Shown here: positions 39,747-49,641 of the stretch, in pieces
Layout of the letters: each line of letters begins with the position of its first letter
Numbering within the stretch: the first letter of the stretch is position 1
Origin: Candidatus Poribacteria bacterium
GTDB taxonomy: Bacteria > Poribacteria > WGA-4E > WGA-3G
DNA: 64,000 nt
Assembly (NCBI GenBank): GCA_965197475.1
Contig: CBDANF010000002.1
Span: 384,001 to 448,000 of the forward strand
Reading direction: 5' to 3'
Program-made: the position numbers and the translations under genes
Notes under the pieces: generated by a model
Told to the model about the DNA's origin: nothing
What the model saw: the letters and a program-made list of their open reading frames with translations, nothing else
The model's database searches: none

Positions 39747-40799
39747 TTATGGAGCCGCTGCATGAGGATGAATCATAATCTTCATCCCTTTTCGGGATTC
39801 CATAGCCTCAAAAGCTTTGTCAATTTCAACAAGTGGAAAATGATGGGTGATGAGCGGTTGTACGCGAACTAAACCTTTTTCAAGGAGGCGCACTGCCAAT
39901 TCGTGGTGGCGGGGAACACACCCGTGGGAACCGGTAACGAAACACTCTTTATAGTGGATCGTATTAGAAAGAATGCTCATCGGACGCATAGTTTTTGGCA
40001 ATCCACCGAATAGGTTGACATAACCACGGTGTGCGACCATTTCAACACCCTGTTCATGTGCTTCAACGGAACCACAAGTCGTTATAACGATATCTGGTCC
40101 TTCACCATCTGTTTCTTCTCGGCAGCGTTCCACCACATCCTCCTCTTCGGAGGCGATATATGCATCCGCTTCATAGAATTTTGCTATTTCCATCCGCAGT
40201 CGGCTTCGTTGAATGCCAATAACTTTCGTCGCGCCCATGACGCGGGCGAGGTCAATCATCATACATCCGATCGGTCCCAAACCGATAATCACGACACTCT
40301 TTCCGAGAGACATATTTACTAATTCAAGACCGTTGATGGCACATGCCAGGGGTTCAGCGAGGGCAGCTTCATCAAAACTGAGACTGGTGCCAAATGTTGT
40401 AACAGGCCCCTCTTCCAAAACGAGGCGAGGGAGCTTCATATATTGTGCAAATGCGCCGGGGATCTGGTAACCGATAGCGTAGTTAATATCACAGTTGTTT
40501 CCAAGCCCGTTCCGACACCAATGACATTGCCCACACGGAACATCCGCACCGATGGAGACGCGATCGCCTTCCTTCACACGGGTCACGTTTTTACCGACTT
40601 TGACAATCACGCCTGAATTTTCGTGACCGATAATCGTTGGTGGTTTGACTCGGGGATTGCCATGATGGAAAATACGGACATCGGAACCGCATATACTGAC
40701 CGCTTCAATTCGCATCAATGCGGAGTCGTTATCAATTTCCGGTTCTGGAACATCTTGAACATTTAAATTTTCAAGGCTTTCAAGTATAGCCGCTTTCAT
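39747..40799 (-). CDS. Zinc-dependent (sugar-alcohol) dehydrogenase
   Basis: ICGSD, GHE, CGQCHWC..C, EPLAC, GLGPIG. Confidence 0.92.
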   Translation of the reverse strand: MKAAILESLENLNVQDVPEPEIDNDSALMRIEAVSICGSDVRIFHHGNPRVKPPTIIGHENSGVIVKVGKNVTRVKEGDRVSIGADVPCGQCHWCRNGLGNNCDINYAIGYQIPGAFAQYMKLPRLVLEEGPVTTFGTSLSFDEAALAEPLACAINGLELVNMSLGKSVVIIGLGPIGCMMIDLARVMGATKVIGIQRSRLRMEIAKFYEADAYIASEEEDVVERCREETDGEGPDIVITTCGSVEAHEQGVEMVAHRGYVNLFGGLPKTMRPMSILSNTIHYKECFVTGSHGCVPRHHELAVRLLEKGLVRVQPLITHHFPLVEIDKAFEAMESRKGMKIMIHPHAAAP

Positions 40800-40841
40800 A
40801 TTTCCCCTTGTTATCCGTAGGTGCGTAATTCTATCAGAAGT

Positions 40842-41909
40842 TTACGATGGATGAATAAGCACTTTTGCGTAAAATTCGCTTTTGTCCTTCATCATGTGTA
40901 GTACTTTGGTACTATCTGTCAACGGGACTTTGTGTGTAATCAACGGAGAGAGGTCCAACTTGCCAGAAGCCATTGCTTGTAACACTGTTCGCCAATCGTC
41001 GTCATTACCAGATACGCTATAATCGGAATTCCATGTGCCTAAAATGCTGACCTCGCGCCGCATCAACTGTGAAATAAGCGATGCGGGCAGCGTAATATCT
41101 GCCGCGGGGTTTCCAAGCAACACAACACTACCACCACGTCGGACACTCCCTAACGCATAGAGATATGTTTGTGGCACCCCTGCTGCTTCAATACAGACGT
41201 GTGCTCCCTTTCCTTCAGTTTGCGCGCTTACGACGTCAACAGGGTCATCTACTGCACTGTTAAAGACACTTTCAAAACCGAGACGTTGTGCTAATTCAAG
41301 TTTTTCTGCGACAATATCAAACAGCAGAACCTGCGTTGATCCCATTATCCTTGCCCACTGTGCTACCATTAACCCGATCGGACCAGCACCGAAGATTGCG
41401 ACTGTTTTACCGACAAGTGAGTCTTGAACCCTACGAAGCGTATGAAGTGCTACAGCTGCGGGTTCCGTCTGCGCTGCCTCTTCCAAAGTTACACCGTTTG
41501 GCACACGAATAATGTTCTCTTTCGGTGCGACAACATATTCGGCAAAAGCCCCATCACTTCGTGAACCGAGGTAATCGTAGTTGCTGCATTGGACATATTT
41601 CCCGTTCTCACACGCAGCACACTCTCCACACCAGATAAGTGGAAAAACAACGACCTTATCTCCTTGTTCAAATTCGTCAACTCCAGGACCGCATTGGTCT
41701 ACAGTTCCAGCAAATTCGTGTCCGCAGACTGTGGGGAAACTGTACGTGCCTTTGGCAAAAATCCTTGGGATGTCGGAACCACACACACCACAAAAACCGA
41801 TTCGGACACGGACTTGGCCTTCAGAGACGTTTGGGATGGGCATCTGTGCTAACCGTAAATCCCCAATGTCGTGTAGCACAAGTGCCTCCATCAAACCATC
41901 TTGCATCAC
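40842..41909 (-). CDS. Galactitol-1-phosphate 5-dehydrogenase-like Zn-ADH
   Basis: CGVCGSDIPR, GHEF, YDYLGSRSDGAFAEY, GTWNS. Confidence 0.88.
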   Translation of the reverse strand: MMQDGLMEALVLHDIGDLRLAQMPIPNVSEGQVRVRIGFCGVCGSDIPRIFAKGTYSFPTVCGHEFAGTVDQCGPGVDEFEQGDKVVVFPLIWCGECAACENGKYVQCSNYDYLGSRSDGAFAEYVVAPKENIIRVPNGVTLEEAAQTEPAAVALHTLRRVQDSLVGKTVAIFGAGPIGLMVAQWARIMGSTQVLLFDIVAEKLELAQRLGFESVFNSAVDDPVDVVSAQTEGKGAHVCIEAAGVPQTYLYALGSVRRGGSVVLLGNPAADITLPASLISQLMRREVSILGTWNSDYSVSGNDDDWRTVLQAMASGKLDLSPLITHKVPLTDSTKVLHMMKDKSEFYAKVLIHPS

Positions 41910-42631
41910 GTTCCTCTTTCTGCGAGTCCAAGCGAAATAGCTTGATGAATCTTTTGAATATTTTCTGCGCGAGAGCCTGATTGATGAAAAACGCTACTGC
42001 TCCCACCGACTAAGATATCCGCCCCAGCTGCTACCATTTTAGGGATATTTTCAAAGCTGACATTACCATCTACTTCAATTGGAAGGTAGACATCGCGCGC
42101 ATTCAAAAAAGTCCGACAATCCGAAATTTTTCGTAGGGTTGCAGGCACCAATTCCTGACCGGCAAACCCTGGATTTACCGTCATAATCAGCACAAAATCA
42201 AGTCGATCAATAACATACGCTATCGCGGAAAGCGGGGTCGCTGGGTTCAAAGCGACTCCCGCTTTTATACCATGTTCTTGAATTACCGATAAAGTTCTAT
42301 CCAGATGGATAGCAGATTCAGCGTGCACAGCGATTTGCTGAACACCAATGTTTGCGACTGCATCCACAAAAAAATCGTTATTTTCCACCATCAGGTGAAT
42401 GTCGAAAGCACAATCTGTTTTTTGACGTAATTGTTCAATGAGTGCCAATCCAATCGGCATGTTTGGGACGAAATGCGCGTCCATCAAGTCAAAATGAAGT
42501 AGACTAATATCAGACTTTTCCAGTTCTCGAATATCTGTTTCCAAATTACAGAGATCCGCACACATCACTGAAGGTGCTATGCCGATCTTTTTATCCGTGG
42601 TACTTGGGCATTGACTCTCATGAGTCGGCAA
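41906..42631 (-). CDS. rpe: Ribulose-phosphate 3-epimerase family protein (Rpe/AlsE)
   Basis: HFDLMDAHFVPN, DIHLMV, MTVNPGFAGQ, EVDG. Confidence 0.85.
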   Translation of the reverse strand: MPTHESQCPSTTDKKIGIAPSVMCADLCNLETDIRELEKSDISLLHFDLMDAHFVPNMPIGLALIEQLRQKTDCAFDIHLMVENNDFFVDAVANIGVQQIAVHAESAIHLDRTLSVIQEHGIKAGVALNPATPLSAIAYVIDRLDFVLIMTVNPGFAGQELVPATLRKISDCRTFLNARDVYLPIEVDGNVSFENIPKMVAAGADILVGGSSSVFHQSGSRAENIQKIHQAISLGLAERGT

Positions 42632-42811
42632 GATATTTCTCCAATCAAATTCGGGTTTCTCAATCTATTTATTATAACATAAAATGAATGAATTGTCAAA
42701 TTTTGGGCAGGTGGTGGGTGTGTAAAGTTCTTGTCAATTGTCTGAATCGCGGATTATGCGGATTTCACTGATTACGCGAATTAAGGAGATGTCAAAAACT
42801 TGAGTTCGTAG

Positions 42812-43168
42812 TTAAAGTGGGATGTAAGTAATTTGGTCAATATATTCATCGTCGTCAGATGCACCAACAATGAGAAGCAACTGATCAATGATCAATCCCA
42901 TTGGCACTTCGAGATTAATCGTAAAAATGCCGGGAACATGGTGTCCTGCTGCCAGATGGTCAGAGAGATGTTGAGGCATACTTTTCCGATTGTTTGTTAT
43001 CAAGATAAATTGGTTCTGTTCACACCACTCTAAGATTTCTGGGTCTTGAGTGCCTCTTGTGGGAGCACCTTCATCGCCAACCCTCAAGACCGTTAGCGAT
43101 GATTCATGGTAAAGCAATTGCGTTCGGTAAGTTGGAGAAATATTTTCGTCTATCAGAAACCGACGCAT
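42812..43168 (-). CDS. DUF5615 PIN-like toxin
   Basis: FLIDENIS, DPEILEWC, ILITNN, HVPGI. Confidence 0.85.
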   Translation of the reverse strand: MRRFLIDENISPTYRTQLLYHESSLTVLRVGDEGAPTRGTQDPEILEWCEQNQFILITNNRKSMPQHLSDHLAAGHHVPGIFTINLEVPMGLIIDQLLLIVGASDDDEYIDQITYIPL

Positions 43169-43170
43169 CT

Positions 43171-46100
43171 TTATTCCTGTTCATTTTTGGATGGAGATTG
43201 TGTTGTGCTTGCTGAGCCGTTTTTTGGACTGTTCGGGTGTGAATTATCAGAAACAGTTTCCCTTTCTGCTATAAGTTCACGCAAGCGAACAGCACCGGGC
43301 GGCGGATTTTTCTCGTATTCCTCTCGTGCCGTTTGGCAATATTTCAGATAATCCTCCAAATATGTACCAACTTCTTCTTGATTTTGAAAATAATATAGGA
43401 TCGTGGCGTAAATCTGTTCCAGTGTGGGTGTATAGTAATGATCCGCGATTACTACTGGTGTTTTGTTATTGTAAATATATTCGTATAGGATGGTTTCAAT
43501 ACCTACACGTGTTCCTTTAATACGAATATCATCTTCTGCCAAAAACGCAAAGTTATCTTCAAGAGGATAAATTTGTTTGAATTCATTGATTCGTCTAAGA
43601 ATACTGTTTTCGACGGGCAAAAAAAGTGTATGCTTGTTTTGAATTAGATTTTCAAGTTGGCTCAATACTGTGTGGGCATTCCGTCCATAAGTAAGTCCGG
43701 TTAATAAACCCAACGTCAAGAATTCTTTTTGTCTGAAAGAAATTGATTCCTCCCAAAGTATAAAGAGAAAATCAACTGCCACGTCTAAGGCATAATTTAA
43801 ATGCATTCGGTCTCTGCCTAAGGCAAGCACAAAACTATTGTAAGGTTCAGAGATTTTCCAATTTGCCCGTTTTGCTATTTCCAATAGTAGGTTTGCATCA
43901 AATTGAGTGTGATAGTAGCGAGAACAAACCAATTTTATCGTCATCTCATCGTAGTCAGCTTTATCAAGGAGGTTTTGCTTAACACAATGTTCCAATAAAA
44001 CTTGTGTCCACACACCGTCAATTTGAAAGTTTGTCCCGGCATCACTATTGAGAGTTGTCTTTGCATAATGTCTGAGCCGTCCATCATCCGAAAAAAGTAG
44101 GTGCCCCGGTTGGCTTGCGAGAAGAACAGTATCAAGGAAATGCTGTTGTAGCATGTCATTGAGTTCCCTCCTGCGTAATTGGTTCATCTCTGACCCAGCA
44201 GTGGCTTGACCAACTTCACAGTTATTCCTAATCCAGTGAATAATGTTTTTTAGATATTCTATTCCCTGCTTCGTTTCTTCAGGTTTGATGATTTGTTTTA
44301 TATACTGTTTTCCTTTTTTCCCAACTATCATTCCCTCGCGTTTAGACCACATTCCCTCTCTTTCACTGATAATACTCTGTAGTTCATCAATAGTCGATTG
44401 AGCAATGCATAGTTTTCCGAATGCGCTGACCACAATATCCGCAGCATCCAAACTGTGTAATGTTATGAGCGAAATAATATCTACAACCAGTTTAGGTTGA
44501 GAATGATTAAGTAGTTTATGGGCTTTGTTCCTTTCATCAAGATCCCCAAAACTACACCTAATCCCTAATTCAGGGTTACCCATGAGAGTACCCCACGTAT
44601 CTAAACTATTACTACCAACTAATTTTGAAAATACACCAATTGTTATGTTTTCTTCCTTATATCGTTTTTCATTTTGGAGTATGTATTCGTGATGCCGATC
44701 AACCCTGCTATATATTGGTTTAAATCTCTCTTTATCATCAATTACGTCAGAAGTGTCTAATTGAACCGTTTCCATACCTTCATCCGTTGGAAATAGATGC
44801 TCGTAATTGCGAAAACTTTCTTGTTTTGCATGAACAAATTTGCTTTTTATAGCAACGATTTTTTCAATTTTTGGACCATCCAGTGTTTCTTTAAAAATAA
44901 CCTCGTCATTTTCAACTTTATCAAGCATTTTCTGCACAATAGGTTCGTTTATACTGCGTTCACCGCGGGAGATGTCTGGGTCATCGCGATCTTCAATGAT
45001 GTACCAGTTATCCTGATCCATGTTATTGATTTGGACTGCGGTATCCTGGGCAACTTTAGATGGATTTAAGACATGAGGAATTAACTTTTCTACTTGATAG
45101 AATAATTCTATGTATATCAGGTGAGCAGCGGGATTATCCAAATGTGTTCTCCTCATCTCATACATGACCTGTAACGCTTTTTCAAGTTTGGATCTGACTC
45201 TATATAATTGAGCTAAATGATAGCAAGCCTCTAAAGAAAGATCCTTAAGGAAAGAGTGATTATTGAATTCTGGAAAACTTTCTAACACATTGTCAATTTC
45301 TTCCTCTTTATTAGAGCGAAAAAAAAACGTTCCGAGACGTATGTGCATATCATAATCAGTAGGAAATTTTGTTAAATATTCTTTACACACCATCTCTGTT
45401 TGGTTCATATCGCCGTATTCTTCATGAATCATCACTTCCATCACGGAAATGTTTTCAAGGGGTCCATATTTCTCTCGAAGTTTCTGACAAATCTTAAGTG
45501 CCTTCTCAATTTTCCCCGAATTATAGTAACTTTGCACTAACCATTGTGTCAATTGGGAATTCTGACTTGTGTCGGCAAGTCTTTCATATAGTGTTGCAGC
45601 TTCTTTAAATTGTTCATGGATATAGAGTTGGTCAGCCAATATTACAATATCAAGAAATTCTGCGCCATCCTGAACATAGTTGTATGCTTCTTTGAGTAGA
45701 GAAATTGCTTCATCGCGTTTTTCATTCGCGCTAAAAATGCGAGCAGCGTCAACAAGATTCGGTATGCTCTTTGGGGTTGAATCGCGCATAGCTATGGAAA
45801 TTTCTAATGCATCATCAAAACGTTTATCATCAAGATAAACATTAATGAGTAAACGTCTTGCTTTTTCTTGAAGTTCGGGAGACAAATCTGTCTGTAAAAA
45901 ATCATTAAGTATTGTAGTAGACTCATCTAATCGTTCATTCACTAAGAGAAAATTAGCAAGTATAATGGGTGCTTCAGGTACTTCGGGTGCGGATTGGATT
46001 GTTTCCAATAATTCAATCGCTTCTGCTATTTCTCCACACTCAAAAGCTAATAACGCACGATTTTTGATCAAAATTTGATTTGATTTTTCAATATCTAAGG

Positions 46101-47577
46101 CAGTATCAAGGTCTTCTGTTGCTTTTTTCAGTTCGCCAAGGTGAAAATGTGCTATGCCTCTGTTAATGATCCAATCTGCTCTATAATCTTTTAATTCCGT
46201 ATTGGCAATGCAATTCCATGCTTCAGTAAGTAATCCTATTGCACGTTGTAATTGTTCCTTTTGTGAATCATTAAGTTGACTGGTCCCCACTGCAAGATTA
46301 TCTTCTAATACTTGCTTAATCAAGATAGTTGCGAAAGCAGCTTTGAAATCAGGAGCGTTTCCCTGGTCCTGTGACAACATGATTTCACTCCATCTTTTCG
46401 CTGCTTCAAAATTCTCACGTTGCTTCGCTGATTCGCTTATAGCGTAAGCAATTTGTGGAGAATCGTGCAAATAGTCAGGAACTTTAGCGATTACTTCATC
46501 AAGTGGTTCTTCCTCAGCAGAAATTCCAATGAGAATTACATAAGCATCCGTATTAGCAGAATTCTTTTCCAGTGTCTGTTTTACGTATTCTGCAGCATAT
46601 TCCGTTTCTCCCAATAAGAGGTGAGCCAAAGCACGGTTAGAAAGTGCCCTTTCGTCTTCACGATTGTATTGAAATGACTCAAGTAACAACTTTGCAGCTT
46701 CTTTTTCGTTATTCAGTGATAATTGAGTAGCTGCCATATTTGTTAGAATGCTATACTTTAGATCATCCGAAGCATCTTTCCAAGTTCGTTTTTTCAGAGT
46801 TTCTAATAACTCAAGAGAAGTTGTAGGTTTATGTCTCTTGAGTAAGTTTCGAGCATTGTCTATTTCTGCATGATGTTCTTTTGCGATTGCTGTTTTTATT
46901 ATATCATTGTTGGGTGTGTTATTGTGGCGGACTTCATCTAAAATCGCACCCGTCGTTTGCTTAAGCTCCTTATTATCTTGCTTAATTTTTTCGATGTTAT
47001 CTTTGATGGCTTGGATATCTTGGGTTAAACGTTCACTCACTTCTAACCTTATTTGTTCAATTTCTGTCGTAACCTCCTTTAGCATAGAATGTGTGATCTT
47101 TTGATCAGTAGTATTTTTTTGTAGAAATTCAAGTACTACTTGATTGAATGCATCCTGTTCGAATGGAAGTTGTGTCAAAAATTCAATAATCACCATTTCA
47201 ATAACGGGACGAATTCTTCGTTCAATATCCATATTGGGCAATTGATGGTCGGGGACGATAATACATTTACGAAAAAGCGTTGTGATTCTTGTGATTTTTT
47301 CACTTTCATTTAATTGTGTGAATTGGACTTCATCAACATCTTTTAGTGAAGCAATAACGTTGTCAAATGTATGGTGACACACTTTAACCGTTTTTGGATC
47401 AGTAAGATCGGCAAAGTCAGACGCGTATTGCTTAACTACCTTATCAAAAGACTCTTTGAAAAGATCCTCTGCTGTAGTTTTGCAAAAATGTTTGATGCCG
47501 TGGTTGATACCACCAATAATAGAAAATCCAGTTCCTACAATATTATAAGCCTTGAGTACTAAACCGAGTATTGTCAT
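43171..47577 (-). CDS. Large TPR / GreAB-C-like / PIN protein with C-terminal DUF433 fusion
   Basis: Many TPRs; WYIIEDRDDPD..ERSINEPIVQKMLDK; PIN motifs KLVVDIISL..QSTIDEL..LFSDD; C-terminal IRIKGTRVGIETIL..TLEQIYATILYY. Confidence 0.8.
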   Translation of the reverse strand: MTILGLVLKAYNIVGTGFSIIGGINHGIKHFCKTTAEDLFKESFDKVVKQYASDFADLTDPKTVKVCHHTFDNVIASLKDVDEVQFTQLNESEKITRITTLFRKCIIVPDHQLPNMDIERRIRPVIEMVIIEFLTQLPFEQDAFNQVVLEFLQKNTTDQKITHSMLKEVTTEIEQIRLEVSERLTQDIQAIKDNIEKIKQDNKELKQTTGAILDEVRHNNTPNNDIIKTAIAKEHHAEIDNARNLLKRHKPTTSLELLETLKKRTWKDASDDLKYSILTNMAATQLSLNNEKEAAKLLLESFQYNREDERALSNRALAHLLLGETEYAAEYVKQTLEKNSANTDAYVILIGISAEEEPLDEVIAKVPDYLHDSPQIAYAISESAKQRENFEAAKRWSEIMLSQDQGNAPDFKAAFATILIKQVLEDNLAVGTSQLNDSQKEQLQRAIGLLTEAWNCIANTELKDYRADWIINRGIAHFHLGELKKATEDLDTALDIEKSNQILIKNRALLAFECGEIAEAIELLETIQSAPEVPEAPIILANFLLVNERLDESTTILNDFLQTDLSPELQEKARRLLINVYLDDKRFDDALEISIAMRDSTPKSIPNLVDAARIFSANEKRDEAISLLKEAYNYVQDGAEFLDIVILADQLYIHEQFKEAATLYERLADTSQNSQLTQWLVQSYYNSGKIEKALKICQKLREKYGPLENISVMEVMIHEEYGDMNQTEMVCKEYLTKFPTDYDMHIRLGTFFFRSNKEEEIDNVLESFPEFNNHSFLKDLSLEACYHLAQLYRVRSKLEKALQVMYEMRRTHLDNPAAHLIYIELFYQVEKLIPHVLNPSKVAQDTAVQINNMDQDNWYIIEDRDDPDISRGERSINEPIVQKMLDKVENDEVIFKETLDGPKIEKIVAIKSKFVHAKQESFRNYEHLFPTDEGMETVQLDTSDVIDDKERFKPIYSRVDRHHEYILQNEKRYKEENITIGVFSKLVGSNSLDTWGTLMGNPELGIRCSFGDLDERNKAHKLLNHSQPKLVVDIISLITLHSLDAADIVVSAFGKLCIAQSTIDELQSIISEREGMWSKREGMIVGKKGKQYIKQIIKPEETKQGIEYLKNIIHWIRNNCEVGQATAGSEMNQLRRRELNDMLQQHFLDTVLLASQPGHLLFSDDGRLRHYAKTTLNSDAGTNFQIDGVWTQVLLEHCVKQNLLDKADYDEMTIKLVCSRYYHTQFDANLLLEIAKRANWKISEPYNSFVLALGRDRMHLNYALDVAVDFLFILWEESISFRQKEFLTLGLLTGLTYGRNAHTVLSQLENLIQNKHTLFLPVENSILRRINEFKQIYPLEDNFAFLAEDDIRIKGTRVGIETILYEYIYNNKTPVVIADHYYTPTLEQIYATILYYFQNQEEVGTYLEDYLKYCQTAREEYEKNPPPGAVRLRELIAERETVSDNSHPNSPKNGSASTTQSPSKNEQE

Positions 47578-47618
47578 GGATTTTCATCTCCTTTCAGGTG
47601 TTCGTTCGGTGTGAGTTA

Positions 47619-48525
47619 TAGTAGACCCCAAAAATAAGTTTACATTTTCTGAGATTTATGTTAGCGTTTATGATTATGGCATATTCAACAGATGGACGCA
47701 AAAGCGTCCTTGATTTCATCAATAACGGTGGGAGTAAAACCGCTGCTAAACGCACCTTCGGTGTCTCAAGAAGGACGATCTATAACTGGTTAGAAGCAGA
47801 AAACCCCTTTGCCTATGAGAAGCCGGATACCAAAGGGCCCCGACACATTGATTATGATGCGCTTCAACAACATGTTGCCGATTTTCCCGATAGCACACTC
47901 GCCGAACGTGCCAAACACTTCGGTGTTTCAACAAACGGCATCTTTTATGCCTTGGCAAAACTCAATATCACGCGAAAAAAAAGACCACGACCTACAAAGA
48001 ACAGTGTCCGGTAAAACGCCAAGAGTATCTCTCGGCACTTCAACAAGAGACACACGAGCATGGCAAAAAACCGGTTTATCTTGACGAAAGTGGTTTCACC
48101 GAAACCGATTTCCGTCGGTATGCTTATGCCCGAAAGGTGTCCGTGTTGAAGATAAAGTGCCAAGTCATCGGTATACCACCACAACCTTGATTGCGGCACG
48201 TCTTGATGGATGTTTCACAGTGCCTGTGCTTTTCGAAGGTAGTTGCGATGCGGTTGCCTTCAACGCATGGCTTTCGGAGATGTTATGTCCTTTGCTTGAC
48301 AACAGCCACGTTGTGATTATGGATAATGCCTCTTTCCACAAAGGTTCACAAACAGAAGCATTGATCCGGGAATGCGGTGCAAGTTTGTTGTTTTTACCGC
48401 CGTATTCACCGGAGTTGAATCCGATTGAGAAAGATTTCGCTAACATCAAGCGAATACGTCAATACAACGCTGAGACCTCTATTGATGATATTATAAAAGT
48501 GTATAAGTAATTACAGGTTTTACTA
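47619..48525 (+). mobile_element. IS630-family element (A8G programmed-frameshift site at 47975; a further frameshift at about 48135)
   Basis: TA|TAGTAG...TTACTA|TA ends; OrfA MAYSTDGRKSVL HTH; VYLDESGF, MDNASFH, LPPYSPELNPIE. Confidence 0.92.
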
Positions 48526-49386
48526 TAAAATGCCGGTAATAGTAAGTCTTGACGGTGCTTCTTCCTGAAATTGTTCAAGAATTTCAATTACTTCTTGCAT
48601 TTGAGAGTTGGATAGGTATGCCGTTCCACCTCTGCTTGGATTTGGCGATATCCAATTAAATTTGGTGTCTATTACGGATTCATTTAGTGCTTGGAGAAAA
48701 TTGGTGTAGTCCTTAGCTACTCTTAATCTTAGTTGTCCAAAGAGTTTCTTAAGTTTTTCTTGGTTGCTTTCGGCATTGAGGAGTTCAAAGAACTTTTCTA
48801 CTGCATCTCCACAATCAGAATTATCAAAAAGGTTAAGTTGAGTAATTTCTGGAGAGACGAGATGAATATTGAACGATCCAGGACTGACTTGCAAAAGCGA
48901 GATTTGCATGCTATTCCTAATTTCATCAGTGACCTGAGATGAGTTAAAGCAGACCATTCCTATTGTGTTAATTACAGCTTGGAGTTTTCCAAAAACATTG
49001 CTTAGGAAAGCTATAGGTGCTTGTGTTTTAGGACCTTCAGCAAAGTTGAAATTTAGATTCAGGCTTTCTTGTTTTCTGGATTTTGCTATTTCTACCGCAT
49101 CCCTTAGTATTGGGGGCATTTCGTTTTCAAGATCGATGCATTCACTGGGCAGTGGCAGCACATCCTCAGATCTACTCAAAGACTCTTCCACCTGTATCGG
49201 TTCACCAGTATGTTGAGTCAGGTACTCAAGAACTTCCTTTTGCATTTTTTCTATTTCCACCCGATACCCACTTGAAACGTATAAAAATTCTTCAGGGGTG
49301 GCTTTAACACACAGTTGCATGAGCAGATCTTGAAAATACGCTACACGTTGTTGACTCGTTTTGAGTTCTGTATTATTTTGAATCAT
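48523..49386 (-). CDS. Hypothetical protein whose 3' end abuts and is cut by the IS630
   Basis: 287-aa ORF whose stop lies in the IS630 right end; translationally coupled to the upstream DUF6932-like gene. Confidence 0.7.
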   Translation of the reverse strand: MIQNNTELKTSQQRVAYFQDLLMQLCVKATPEEFLYVSSGYRVEIEKMQKEVLEYLTQHTGEPIQVEESLSRSEDVLPLPSECIDLENEMPPILRDAVEIAKSRKQESLNLNFNFAEGPKTQAPIAFLSNVFGKLQAVINTIGMVCFNSSQVTDEIRNSMQISLLQVSPGSFNIHLVSPEITQLNLFDNSDCGDAVEKFFELLNAESNQEKLKKLFGQLRLRVAKDYTNFLQALNESVIDTKFNWISPNPSRGGTAYLSNSQMQEVIEILEQFQEEAPSRLTITGIL

Positions 49387-49641
49387 TTCTTACCTCTATA
49401 ATACCTCGGCGAGTTCCATCACGTTTGACCTGCCAACCTTCTATAAACTCGTCAAGGGTTTCTAAAAATAGTAATGACGGGCGTATACAGAAAATACTAG
49501 CTCCGAATTCATACGATGCTTGCTGATGGTTCAATAATTTCTTAATCTCTTCACTGCAAGCTGCTATGTCAAAATCGTCATCAAATATTATTACAACATC
49601 AATGTCGTTTGTGCTGGTTTCGCCGTGATATAACTACCAAA

